A stretch of DNA of 64,000 nucleotides from Octopus sinensis (taxonomy: Eukaryota): contig NC_043003.1 of NCBI RefSeq assembly GCF_006345805.1, positions 60,388,001 to 60,452,000 on the forward strand, written 5' to 3'. Shown piece after piece: positions 1 through 12,782 of this stretch. Positions within the stretch are counted from its first letter, which is position 1. The number at the start of each line of letters is the position of its first letter. The translations under genes were made by a program, and so were the position numbers. The notes under the pieces are model-generated. The model saw only the letters and a list, made by a program, of their open reading frames with translations, made no database searches and had not been told where the DNA came from.

Positions 1-129
1 GAGTGAGAGGGACAGACAGACAGGCAAAGACGGGAATGCTAATAATTTCCCAATGTTCTTAGTCAGAACGCACTACAGAGCTGTGGAGAAATGGTCGTGA
101 ACACATACATACATGCGTACACACACACG

Positions 130-207
<78 letters not shown>

Positions 208-240
208 TGTGTGTGTGTGTGTGGTGTGTATGTATACTAT

Positions 241-1045
241 ATTAAATCTCTGAGCAAGATATAAGCAGTAGCAATACGGAATCGTAATATATAATTGCCA
301 ACCAAGTGTGGCGTCCTATACAGGACAGTGCTACTGATGTTTATAGCCCCAGGAAGACATCTTTTTCAGCTGGCTAACGATACACGTTCTGTGTCCGATT
401 AGTATATGCGATGGGAGGTCATCGCACTCGTCTCTACCCGTACGTGATACACAAGGACCCGAGTTTCTGGGAGGTAACCCGTCCTCAGCGTGATTTAATC
501 ACAAGCTAGGGTTGAAAACTTACCCCACTCGCAAAATACTATATGCTTTTGTTCCAGCGACGAACCGTCGCTGATCTCAAAAAGGAGAAATAAGCTATAT
601 TAAATCTCTGAGCGAGATATAAACAGTAGCAATTGAAAATCGTAACGTATAATTGCCAACCAAGTGTGGTGTCCTATACAGGCCAGTACTACTGACGTTT
701 ATAGCCCCATGAAGACATATGTTCCATTTGGCTAACAACACACATTTTTCGAGATTAGTGACAGTTTGTCCCTGGAAAAAGCATATAGTCTTTTGCGAGT
801 GGAATGCGTTTTCGTCACTAGATTCTGATTAACACATGCTGAGGATTGGTAACCTCCCAGAAACTCGAGTCCGTGTGAATCACGTAAGGCTAGAGATGGG
901 AGCATTGACCTCCCCTCGCTTATACCAATCGGACACAGAACGTCTGTCGTTAGCCAGCTGGAATAGATGTCTTCCTAGGGCTATAAACGTCAGTAGCACT
1001 GTCCTGTATAGGACGCCACAATTGGTTGTGAATTATATGTTACGA
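241..1045. repeat. Three copies of one unclassified repeat: forward 241-590, truncated forward 598-742, inverted about 745-1045
   Basis: GTCCTATACAGG..AGT.CTACTGA.GTTTATAGCCC..GAAGACAT..GGCTAAC occurs at about 313 and 671 (+) and as reverse complement at about 950-1020; about 75-80% identity by eye. Confidence 0.8.
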
Positions 1046-1046
1046 T

Positions 1047-1089
<43 letters not shown>

Positions 1090-1118
1090 ATGTATATATA
1101 TATATATGTATATATAGG

Positions 1119-1151
<33 letters not shown>

Positions 1152-1196
1152 CTGTGTGTGTATGTGTATATATATATGTATATATATGTATGTATG

Positions 1197-1228
<32 letters not shown>

Positions 1229-1293
1229 TATAATATATATATATATATAATATATATATAGTGCGTTTGTGTGTGTGTGTGTGTTTGTGTATA

Positions 1294-1777
1294 TCTCTAT
1301 ATTATAAATCTGAAATGCGAAAAATTTTTTGTTTGGTTTTGGCATTGGAACGGGTTAAGTGGAACTAGATCCGGTCGGACTCGCTCCAAAATTTACAGAG
1401 TCATGTAAAAAGAGGCGAGGATGCGAGTGGCCTAGGTTTGAAAATCCTTATCTCAAAAGCTGTGGTTACTAGGGCAATAAATCACTTTGAAAGTGTGTGT
1501 TTCTCTCTTTCTCTTATCTGCCTGTCTTATCCGCTCTATCTTCTATTCTCAATCTCTATCTTTCTTCCCCTTCCTTCAATTATCTCTTATAACGACGTTT
1601 TGACAGCTTCGCCGTCTCTCTGTCACTCTTACCCCCCATCTCTCTCACTGTAATTCTGTCTCTATAGAGAGAAAGCGTGACAGTAGAACAGTTTAATATT
1701 CCGTCTTTTAGAACGGTGCTGATTATTATCGTCCACCACCATCGCGCAATCATAACGTATTATTATCATTATATGTG

Positions 1778-1842
<65 letters not shown>

Positions 1843-2136
1843 ATAAATATATATAAGTGTATACATATATATATATTTGTGTGTAGACACATATATAATG
1901 TGTGCATATGTGATCGGATTCAGCTGAAAATGTGCACACCTATGTTGAAAGTGCTAGCGAGTTTGCATGGCAACTTTCAGTTTGCTCAATTGAAAGCCAT
2001 CGCCTCTAGGGCAAAATTCCTCATCTTTTAAAATGTGGATCGCGTAGACCTGAATGAAAACGGGTTATAATGCCAAAACAAGTAAAACAATAATTAACTA
2101 TTTTAATCCCGAGCAAGGCCCGGTATATCTGTCTAA
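1294..2136 (+). mobile_element. Non-autonomous Helitron-like element
   Basis: 5' A|TCTCTATATTATAAATCTGAAATGCG; 3' hairpin CCCGAGCAAGGCCCGG (2108-2123) then CTAA|T (variant of CTAG). The 3' end matches that of the 45447 element. Confidence 0.6.
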
Positions 2137-2673
2137 TCAATAAAATAAAGAAGGCGAACGTTGATACAAATTGGATTTTTATGTAAAAAGGGGTCTAAAT
2201 AGGGCTGGAAGGGGATTAAAATTTACAGTAGCGTGTAACGTGAAGTGGGAAAATGATCTGGAGACGTTTTGGGGCGCTACAGTGGTTGCTTTGGTGTTTT
2301 AACGGAGATTTTATTGATTTGGGGGGAACAATTGGGGGCCTAGATCGGACACCTTTTGCCCGATTTCAATAAAATTTTCAACATGGTAAAGTTGAAGCAG
2401 ATTTCTAATTTAAACGCGGAAATCTAATTTTTTTAAATGTCTGAGAGATAGATAGAGAAAGATAAAGAGTAAGAGAAAGCGCGGGAGAGTCCGAGAGAAA
2501 AGAAGAGTAAGAGAGTGGGAAAGTGAGAAAGGAGGGAGAATATGGCGATAAGAAACAGAAAGTAACAACCACAACCTCACCTCAAACTAGTATATATATT
2601 TTTTCTGTTCTTTGCCTCTCTAGAAAGCCCTTCAGCCTTTAAAAGTTAAATAGCTACAGCCTCTTGTAAATAG

Positions 2674-3279
2674 CAGTAATGTGATTAATGTGGCAAATAC
2701 CTAATCATATAACAAGAATTGATACCTACCTCATTGTGTTCAACCATTGATAAATTTATCGCCTGTGAATATGAAATTACTCTTCATTTCTCTGGAAATT
2801 TACATCTACACCATTGGAAATTGTGCATCTAAACAAAGGATTAATTCACCCTCTCTGTAATGCTAATAAGCAGGAATTGAGACCCACCTCGTTGTGATTA
2901 ACAATGGATAAATTTGTCGTCTGTGAGTATGTAATCCCTCCTCATATCTCTGGAAATTCATATGTGCACTATGGATTAGGTCACCTTCTCTGTGATGCTA
3001 TTAAAACTGTGATAAGACTGTACATCATCTTTAAAGAACTTTAATGAACTTTGGAAATCTGTTTATGTTACTTAATTATCTACATTACTTCATGAGTATA
3101 GCCTCAACCACTAGGATGTCTAGAGACTCACATGTATTTTAGCTGTTGAGTACGGGACACGTTTATATGCTGTAATTTTTGCAACTTTTAATAAAGCCTG
3201 TCCTTGTATGAAACGATTGTACTAAAAACCTATCCATTCTTGTTGCTTCTTTCTCGCTTATAATCACCCCACATTACTG
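2674..3279. mobile_element. Unclassified 606-bp element with 10-bp TIRs (solo-LTR-like or MITE-like)
   Basis: CAGTAATGTG (2674-2683) and CACATTACTG (3270-3279); internal diverged tandem duplication at 2716 and 2874; AATAAA near 3190. Confidence 0.4.
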
Positions 3280-3387
3280 TATTGTTAAAACAGTATAGTT
3301 TTTTTGGGGGGCATCTAAGTTAGGTACCATATTCAAGTAAATTCATTTAAATTAACTTGAATCTTTATTGCTTTTTGTATATATATA

Positions 3388-3445
<58 letters not shown>

Positions 3446-3456
3446 ACGTTTGTGTG

Positions 3457-3595
3457 TCCGTAACTTAGTGGTTCGGCAAAAGAAACCGATAAATAAGTAC
3501 TAGGCTTACAAGTAATAAGCCCTGAGGTCGATTTGCTCGATTAAATGCGGTGCTCCAGCTTGGCCACAGTCAAATGACTGAAATAAGTAAAAGAG
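3457..3595 (+). mobile_element. SINE family A, 3' half
   Basis: GTAACTTAGTGGTTCGGCAAA...GCGGTGCTCCAGC..GGCCACAGTCAAATGACTGAAA matches the full copy at 8846. Confidence 0.85.
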
Positions 3596-3617
3596 TTATG
3601 AAACAGTACATATATGT

Positions 3618-3820
3618 GTGTATACATACATACATACATACATACATACATACACACATACATACATACATACATACATACATACATACTACATACATAC
3701 ATACACACATACATACATACATACATACTACACATACATACATACATACATACATACATACATACATACATACATACATACATACATACATACATACATA
3801 CATACATACATACATACACA
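3618..3820. repeat. (TACA)n microsatellite
   Basis: Direct reading. Confidence 0.95.
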
Positions 3821-4406
3821 CACGTGCATACGTATAAGTGAAAGCGAGAGCAAAAAAAAAAAAAACAAAACAAAGCAAATGCAATAAGATAGAATGAGTT
3901 TATGAAGAATGAGACAGAAATATTCTTTTAGAAAGAGCATTGTCAAGTGTTCGTGAGTGAGAGAGAAACAGAGGGAAATACAGAGAAGGTGATAGAAAAA
4001 TATTATAGAGAAAGAGATACCAATGCATTTACATATTTCGCATTGTGTACGCATGTGTGTCAAGAAATATTCTCTTCTATTTTCTTGTAGTTCTTTTTCA
4101 ATTTCTACATGTCTTTCATCAATAAAACAATTTTATTATTTTACATTTCTTCTTTGTTCTATTGTTTTTTCTCTTGCATTGATTGTTTGTTTGTTTTTTC
4201 TCTTTTATTGATATCTGCTAGATAAGACCTTTCCATACTTTCTTTGTATGTTTGAACTTTTGGCTTGTTTAGCTTACTACTAAAGTTTACTATAATGTCG
4301 TATATGTATTATAATGGAGTAATAATATCTCCTTTATTATATATACTGTTGCTTTTAATGATATCTGAAAAAATGTTTTCAAAATACATACAAACGGACA
4401 TATATA

Positions 4407-4480
<74 letters not shown>

Positions 4481-4655
4481 AAAACTTTCAAGTAGCATTA
4501 AGTAGAATTCAGAAAGTTCAAATGTGTTTCTGCGTATGTGCGAGTGTGTGTGGGTATATGTCCATATGTACAAGTATATCAACATTTTCACTGAGATATA
4601 TAGCATTTATGTTTACTGTGATTGTGTCTCTGCGCTTCAAAATGGATACATGCAT

Positions 4656-4805
<150 letters not shown>

Positions 4806-5383
4806 TATTAGAAAAAGGGTATGTAATTTTTTTATGTGAGGGTTAAATATATAGTCAATTTACGGATACATATAACATGTAATAATGTTCATCTAGGAAA
4901 GTAGTACTTTTTAGTTGAACTTAGTTTAAAAGGAACTGTCAACATATTTCCTGTGGATTTGATCTTTATAGTTTTTCAATTGTTTTAAATGTATTTTTCC
5001 GAATTCGTTGAGGTACATTCGCAATTTTGGATCTTTTCTTTTCTTACACAATATTGGAGTATATATTTTGCAATGTTATGTAGTGAAACTTATTTTGTGC
5101 AATTCAGTGCGTCGTAACATATTTTTATGGTAAAATGAAGTTGTGTGAAGTGTAGGGTGGTTTACCAATCGTATAGTGTAGTTTAATGCATTTTGTTTTA
5201 TACAGTGTGTACCAGAAAACTACCACAACATTTGTTGGTTCATGTCATTTTAGCAGTCTTTATGAAATGCATGTATGCAATAAGTACTCTTCCTCCATGC
5301 TACACTCACTACAAAGAGAAGCCAAACACATTTTATGTACTCTGGTGGTTTAACCCATTTATTTTAATACGATGTAATGAAAC

Positions 5384-5763
5384 ATTTCTCGGCCCAGGCA
5401 CTCTGTGCGTGAAAAAATCAAATGGGATGTTGTCTGGTCCTGGGGCTTTACCCGGTGTCATGCGATCGAATGCCTTGTTGAACTCATGGGGCGAGGGCGG
5501 CAGAGACATTGAATGGCAGATGGAGAGCTGTGAGGCGTTTTTTTTACGCAAAGAGGTCCTGAGCTGAGAAATCATCTGATGCTCCTTATCCTCAAGATCT
5601 GAGAAAGCAAGACCCTCCCGAACGACTTCCGCGATGGACCTATCATCACCATCTATAAGAAAGAAAACCGAAAGGATTGCAATAACTATCATGGCATCTC
5701 ACGTTTGAATATTGCAAGTAAGATCTACGTCCGTATCCTAATCAATTGCCTTCTCATCCTCAC
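5384..5763. mobile_element. RTE-clade LINE ORF2 fragment with inverted 5' part
   Basis: Minus 5537-5384: SLPPSPHEFNKAFDRMTPGKAPGPDNIP. Plus 5541-5763: GPELRNHLMLLILKI*ESKTLPNDFRDGPIITIYKKENRKDCNNYHGISRLNIASKIYVRIL (RT domains 0-1). Confidence 0.8.
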
Positions 5764-5852
5764 GGTCTAGTCATTATTGAAGAAAGTCTTGTAGTCAAAG
5801 ATGTCCCAGTTGATGAATTCATTTTCCTTTTTTATTATCTGATAAGCATAAG

Positions 5853-6010
5853 AAGGTGAGGTGACAGAATCGTAGCACGATGGCCGAATGCTTAGTGTTC
5901 TTTCTTGACACATTTCGTCCTGAGCTCGAATTCCACCGACGTCGACTGAGCTATTCATCTTTTTGGAAACGATGAAATAAGAGCCAATGAAATACTGGAA
6001 TCGATGCCTC
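5853..6010 (+). mobile_element. Degenerate SINE family N
   Basis: GACAGAATCGTAGCACGATGGCCGAATGCTTAG...GAGCTCGAATTCCACCGACGTCGAC resembles the head of the 28937 copy. Confidence 0.65.
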
Positions 6011-6580
6011 CTCCACTAATTACTGATTTGAGCCAAAGTTAGAAAGAGAGGCTTATTTGACAATCTTATTGAATCTGGATCTAATTAGGTTCACCCATTC
6101 TTAAGATAGCATGAGGTAATTGTGATAGATTTGGCTGTTTGGCTTTGTTGTTGTTTAGTTTCTGATCGAAAGAAACCTAGAACGAAAGGAACCCTAACTG
6201 TGACTCAGCTGGCCCTGTTGGATATCCAATATGTATCCAATGTCATTATGAGTAAGTTTGCATACTTTGGGGTTTCTTTCTCAAGTGGAATGATTAAATA
6301 AAAGTTCCCCTATACATTATTGCGTCTTAAATTGATTTTGGCTATGAGAATAGTCCAGTTCTCCGATTATTTGACTCTTTACTCATAGAATTATCGTGAA
6401 AATGGTAGAGACGTTTAATGTGATTCTTCAAAAAGATTATAAACTATGTATGGCTAGCTGGCACTTTTAATTACAAAGAGAGGCTATCCAATGGAGTTCT
6501 ACATAGTTAAAATTTAATGAATTTCACTAACAAGTCATGAAATCCAACAACGTCTGTAATAAAACACATATCTTTAATCT

Positions 6581-6958
6581 CTTACTTGTTTCAGCCATGC
6601 TGGAGCACCGCCTTGAAGAATTTAATCGGACTAAACGACCCCAGTACTTATTTTCTTTTTAAGCCTGGTATCATTCAATCGACCTCTTTTGCCGATCCTC
6701 GAAAAAGGACGTAAACACATCAACAACGGTTATCAAGCGTTAGAGGGAGACAAGCACAGACCCGAATGAACACACACTCACACATAGATGTATATGCGAC
6801 GGTCCCCTTTTAGTTTTCATCCACCAAATCCACTCACAAGGCTTTGTCGACCCGAAGCTATAGCAGGAGACACTTGCCTAAAGCGTCACACAGTGGGAGT
6901 GAACCCAGAACTGTGTAGTTGGGAAGGAAATTTCTTACCACATAGACAAGCCTACGCT
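6581..6958 (-). mobile_element. SINE family A, near full length
   Basis: Reverse complement of the 8846 copy, with both head and tail. Confidence 0.85.
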
Positions 6959-7551
6959 TATGCTCAATATTTCACGCAGTGGAATCGATCACGGTAGCTC
7001 ATCACTTGAGAATCAAACATTTTAACCATGAAGCCATATATAATCCTTGGCTGCGTCTGCATATATATATATATATATATATATATAATCCACAACTTAA
7101 CATGAACACAGCATAATATAGATCACTGCTAGCCTTACCAATAATGCTACTAACACCCATAAATTCCTTATACCATTCATATTACAGTATTATATCGATC
7201 CTAATTGCACCAAGTCTAGAACTACTTACCTCCCTTACACAATCTTTTTACTCAGGGACTAGTAGACCCAATACCGTTTGATAATCGGTACGCATTGAAA
7301 GCCAGTGAACAGCAATGACGACACCAGTTTGACTTTGAATCTCTTTAACAATTCATAATAATGACTTCTATTCCTCTTAATTCTACCTCAGTTCATCTAG
7401 TTGTATTTATTACTATTTTTCATTAAAAAGCCTTTATTTTTTGATATTCAATGTGCATTTTCGCTTTTTTCTTCTTACTATCCCCATATCTTTTTCACGT
7501 GTAGTTTCTATTTTCCTTTTGAAACATATTTCTATTATATATAATAAATGC

Positions 7552-7794
7552 GCCCTTTTAAGGCCTAACCAGGCTCATGGGCCCGATTTCCCAGTTTCAA
7601 TGGCGCATATGTTCCCCAGCTGGATGCGTCGCCAGTCCATCGCAGCGTTACTCATTTTTGCCAGCTGAGTGGACTGGAGCAACGTGAAATAAAGTGTTTT
7701 GCTCAAGAACACAACGCCTCGCCCGGTCCAGGAATCGAAACCACAATCTTACAATCATGATGCTGACGCTCTAACCACTAAGCCACGCGCCTCC
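7552..7794 (-). mobile_element. tRNA-derived SINE (body Y, tail alpha)
   Basis: rc head GGAGGCGCGTGGCTTAGTGGTTAG (A box) and GGTTTCGATTCC (B box); body CTTGAGCAAAACACTT..CTCCAGTCCACTCAGCTGG; tail GCGATGGACTGGCG. Confidence 0.85.
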
Positions 7795-7799
7795 ACACA

Positions 7800-7845
<46 letters not shown>

Positions 7846-7849
7846 CAGT

Positions 7850-7955
7850 GAGAGAGAGAGTGAGTGAGTGAGTGAGTGAGTGAGTGAGTGAGTGAGTGAG
7901 TGAGGGAGTGAGTGAGTGAGTGAGTGGGTGAATAAGTGAGTGAGTGAGTGAATGA
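7850..7955. repeat. (GAGT)n microsatellite
   Basis: Direct reading. Confidence 0.9.
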
Positions 7956-8638
7956 GAGAGATAGTCTAATAAGATGGCGTTGACGTGTGATAAAATCTGG
8001 TATAGTACGCCTACTAAATTCTTGCGATAGAGTACATTCATTATATTACTGATATAAGAATTCGTTTATTACTAACTATAGAGAAACATAAATAAAGTGC
8101 CGTTATTCTGGAATGGTACATGATAATGCATCCTTCACTAATAATTCTCTGTCATAAGAACGCGTTCTTCCCTGACAACATCTACTTGTACATTCAGGAA
8201 ATTTGTTTTCTTGCAAGTCTGATAACTTTTGAAATATATAAATTGAAGTATTAATGTTGTAGTCTACTCGTGTTCAACAAAAGCCTCATGATTCATGTTA
8301 AAGGTGAAGCCAAATTTATCAAAGGGAGCCTATATCATTTGACATAAAGAACATATTTAGTATGCATTAATTGCACCTATAAATTTGCATCATAATACAT
8401 AAAAATACATTTGACGTGATGTGCTGTTTATATTTCAGTTTAATGTTTGTCTCTCTGCTTCTCTACTTATGTGTCTAAATCCACCTCCTATCTCTCGTTC
8501 TTTCGCCCCCCTCCCCCTATATATATATATATATATATATATACATAGGGAAAGTTTACGAAAAAAACTAAAGACGAAGACAGGTGGTGTACAAAACAAA
8601 CAGATGTATTAGTATAACGCTCAGGAATAGAAAAAAGT

Positions 8639-8674
8639 CTTTTACGTTTCGAGCCTGCGCTCTTCTACAGAAAG
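8639..8674 (-). ncRNA. Minimal type I hammerhead-like motif (A6U core) in a probable solo PLE terminal repeat
   Basis: rc: cttt CTGTAGA A GAGC gcag GCTC GAAA CG T A aaag. Stems I and II pair; stem III is the palindrome ACGT. Confidence 0.55.
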
Positions 8675-8813
8675 GTACACAGAAAAAACAAGGAGAGAAA
8701 AAAAATGTGTGTAGTGGCTAACGATCTATCATGGCGTCTTCTGACCATATATATATAGGTATGTATATATATATATATAGGTATGTATATATATATAGGT
8801 ATGTATATATATA

Positions 8814-8845
<32 letters not shown>

Positions 8846-9257
8846 GGCGTAGGAGTGGCTGTGTGGCAAGTAGCTTGCTAACCAACCACATGGTCCCGGG
8901 TTCAGTCCCACTGCGTGGCATCTTGGGCAAGTGTCTTCTACTATAGCCCCGGGCCGACCAATGCCTTGTGAGTGGATTTGGTAGACGGAAACTGAAAGAA
9001 GCCTGTCGTATATATGTATATATATATATGTATGTGTGTGTTTGTGTGTCTGCTGTGTTTGTCCCCCTAGCATTGCTTGACAACCGATGCTGGTGTGTTT
9101 ACGGCCCCGTAACTTAGCGGTTCGGCAAAAGAGACAGATAGATTAAGTACTGGGCTTACAAAGAATAAGTCCCGGGGTCGAGTTGCTCGACTAAAGGCGG
9201 TGCTCCAGCATGGCCGCAGTCAAAATGACTGAAACAAGTAAAAGAAAGAAAGAAGAA
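8846..9257 (+). mobile_element. SINE family A, full length, tRNA-derived with central microsatellite
   Basis: A box TGGCTGTGTGG, B box GGTTCAGTCCC, central (TA)/(GT) tract, tail GACTGAAACAAGTAAAAGAAAG. Confidence 0.9.
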
Positions 9258-9282
9258 TATTATATATATATATATTATATAT

Positions 9283-9320
<38 letters not shown>

Positions 9321-9331
9321 GGTATGTAGAT

Positions 9332-9413
<82 letters not shown>

Positions 9414-9569
9414 CAGATAGATAAATACACGTATATATATATGTGTGTTTTGTAGGTATGTATGAATATATTAATGTGATTTTTGCATCACATATTATCA
9501 ATTTATAAGAAGAGGTGTAACAGTCTGTAACTATCGTCATCTCTCTCGGTTTCTAAAAGAATATACATA

Positions 9570-9600
<31 letters not shown>

Positions 9601-9601
9601 C

Positions 9602-12216
9602 ACTCGAACGTGGAGTGTGACACACTCATAGTGCATCTAAAGCATCTTGATATAGTGATATGCACACTATATCACCCACCTGATGCCTCAAATCATGATG
9701 GAAAATTTGGAGAAAGCCTCAAAGCGATAAAGGGAGTACTAACACATGTGGATCAACGTACTACTATTTTCCTGATGAGTGACTTCAACTTACCAAACAT
9801 AAGGTGGCCTGAGGGTAATATAACCCCAGGAATGACGCACAAAGAGCGAAATCAAACAGAATCTCTAGTTGATCTTACGAAAATGCTGTTCATGGAGCAG
9901 ATCATACTCTCTTCAACCAGGCACAAAAATATCCAGGAAATCATTCACAAGGTAAATATTTCACCGACAATATTCTCAGACCATAGCATCATAGAACTGA
10001 TAATGTGTGGCGCGGAATTAACTAAAGATAAACTACGCACAGATGGCGCTCAACACCTATCCAGCCTAAATTTCTATCTGGCTGACTGGAAATCACTTGC
10101 AAAACATACTTGAGCAGGACTGATCTGCAAGCTATCTATGCAAGGCATAGATATGAAACTTAATAAATTCGTGTCAATAATGCGAGCCATATGCATTAAA
10201 TATGTCCCAGAGAAGAAAGCCAATACGCACAAACACATCATTACCCCCAGACAGGAGAATACTCATGCGGCGGAGAATAAAGATCTCGAATCGTTTAAAT
10301 AAACACCTTAATGACAGTGCGAAATTCCACCTGATAGAGGAACACTTCGAGAGAGAAAATGAACTCAAAATCTCTCATGTAAAAGAAAGAGAAACCTGGG
10401 CCGTTGAAAGTATAAAAAGAAATACTAAGGCCTTCTACGCGTTGGTAAAGGGGTTAGTAAAATGCCACTATTTGGTAAAAACTGCTCACTAACTGAAGAC
10501 CCAGGGAAGATAAGCGAAGCACTGAATAAACAATTCTAAAGTGTTTTCACTTCTTCAGTGGAAAATATGTAAATAAACCTGCCTGAGGTGTTTTTCAACG
10601 TAACAAATCTATTCGGAAAAGAGGTAAGCATCGATTACATCAACATAATAAAAGAGGTCATTGATGAGTTGAGATCAAACTCAGATGGACTCCCGGCTGT
10701 TCCCTTAAATACATGTAAAAGGCTCTTGCAAAGTCACTGCAGATACTCTTTCAGAGTTTCCTTGCATGTGGTAAACTTCCCAACATGCTAAAAGAGGGTA
10801 TAATATGCCCTGTCTATAAATGAGGGAGCAGAGCAGATGCTCAAAAACTACAGGCCCATCTCTCTGACCTCACATGTTAGCAAGACAATGGAACGCATTG
10901 TCAGAAAAAAGGCTGATCACGTTCCTAGAAGAAAACAACCTTCTCACAAATATGCAACATGGCTTCCGTCCAGGGAAGAGTAGCCTCACACAGCTGCTGC
11001 AGCACTTTGACTGAGTACTGAAGCAACAGCTAAACCAGTCAGCTGTAAACGTGATATACCTCGACTTTGCCAAGGCCTTCAACAAGGTTGATCATAGAAT
11101 GATATATCACAAGCCGCGAAACTTTTGTATTTCTGGAAAACTGGGAGAGTGGCTGCGTGATTTTCTGAAGGGCAATGGTGCTCACTCACAATTCGCAGCA
11201 GAGTTACAGAGGGAACTGTACTGGGACCACTGATATTTGTGGTGGCCCTCAGACATTCCTTTTGCGGTACAGTCAGCCAATCTGACAAGTTATGCTGACG
11301 ACACAAAAGTATCACAGGCAGTTAGGAAACCAGAGGACATCATAAAACTGCAGAAAGGCCTGAATGAAATATACAAATTGGCTAACAAGAATAACATGCA
11401 GTTCAACGCTAGGCTAAAATCGAAATACATTGGACCAGAAGTTAATGCGATCCCAAGGACAGAGTCGGTGCTTGACCTGGGGTTTCACATGAGCAATGAT
11501 TCAACATTCCATACACATATTATTAGATGGCAACACTGAGCAGGCAAGTGGCTGGATGGATTCTGTAGACATTTAGAACCAAGAAACGGGAGGCCCTGCT
11601 ACTCCTATAGAAGACTTTCATTCTCAGCTGTTTGGACTATTGCTCCCAACCATGGTCCCCACTGGTTGTGAAATGAACTGTGGGACTCAAAGCAATCCAG
11701 CGCCAATACACAAAGAAGATTGACTCGATGCAAAAGTTGGGCTAAACTAGCAGAGTATCCGTTCCCTAGAGAGAAGACGAGAGAGATATGCGGTGACATA
11801 TATTAGGAAGATCTTGGAGCGGTTAGCTCCCAATTCTGGAGTTGAGACCTATACCAAACCTAGAACTGGACAGCACTGCATCATACCTAAGATCCAGTCT
11901 TCCCCATCTAAAGTAAGGACACAATACTGCAATAGCCTGGGTTTCAAGGCCCTCAATTGTTTAGCATCCTGCCAAGCAACATTAGAGATCTACATGTTGT
12001 TGATGTGGAAGTTTTCAAGGAACGTCTGGACAGGTTTCTATCTGAGATATCAGATGAACCCACATTGCAGCAGGAGACGCAAAGAAGAGCAGCTCCGTCC
12101 AACGCGCTATTTCACCAAAAACATTACCGGAAACAACACCCAGTGACTACGGGTGTTGTACCAGCATGACCTCAGCCCCGTGCTGAAACCAGTAAAAAAT
12201 AAAAGATAAAAGATAA
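9602..12216 (+). mobile_element. CR1-group LINE, 5'-truncated, ORF2 broken by stops and frameshifts
   Basis: APE motifs LYHPP and SDFNLPNIRW; RT motifs NYRPISLTSHVSK, QHGFRPG, IYLDFAKAFNKVDH, SYADDTK; A-rich tail. Inserted after (TA)n. Confidence 0.9.
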
Positions 12217-12257
12217 GCACATATATGTCCATATTTGTGTGTGTGTTTGTGTGTATA

Positions 12258-12680
12258 TTCTTTTATGCTTTTACTTGTTTCAGTAATTTGATTGCGGCCA
12301 TGCTGGAGCACCGTCTCTAGTCGAACAAATCGACCCCCCAACTCATTCTTTGTAACCCTTGTACTTATTCTATCGATGACATTTGCCGAACCGCTAAGTT
12401 ACGGGGACATAAACACATCAACATCGGTTGTCAAGCGATGGCTAGAGACAAACACAGAAACACACATATCACACACACACACACATAAATATATATATAT
12501 ACCACGGGTTTCTTTCAGTTTCCTTCTACGAAGTCTAATCACAAGACTTTGGTGAACTCGATGCTAAAAGAGGGTATAATATACCAAGCACATGTTTTGG
12601 GGTTCAGTCACAAGCAGTGTGGGACTGAACCCGAAACCATGTGGTTGGTACGCACGCTTCTTTCCACACAGCCATACCTG
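12258..12680 (-). mobile_element. SINE family A, full length
   Basis: Reverse complement of the 8846 copy. Confidence 0.85.
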
Positions 12681-12697
12681 CTTCTGCATATATAACC

Positions 12698-12728
<31 letters not shown>

Positions 12729-12744
12729 TTATATATATATATAT

Positions 12745-12782
<38 letters not shown>

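Noticed and set aside
300-392. HDV-like ribozyme (GGCTAA plus possible P2 pairing) or hammerhead (CTGATGT..GAAG)
   Set aside because: No P3/L3/P1.1 arrangement and no valid stem II; the apparent covariation could be CpG decay.
8846-8920. tRNA gene calls for SINE heads
   Set aside because: A and B boxes are present but there is no cloverleaf, and each runs into a SINE body.
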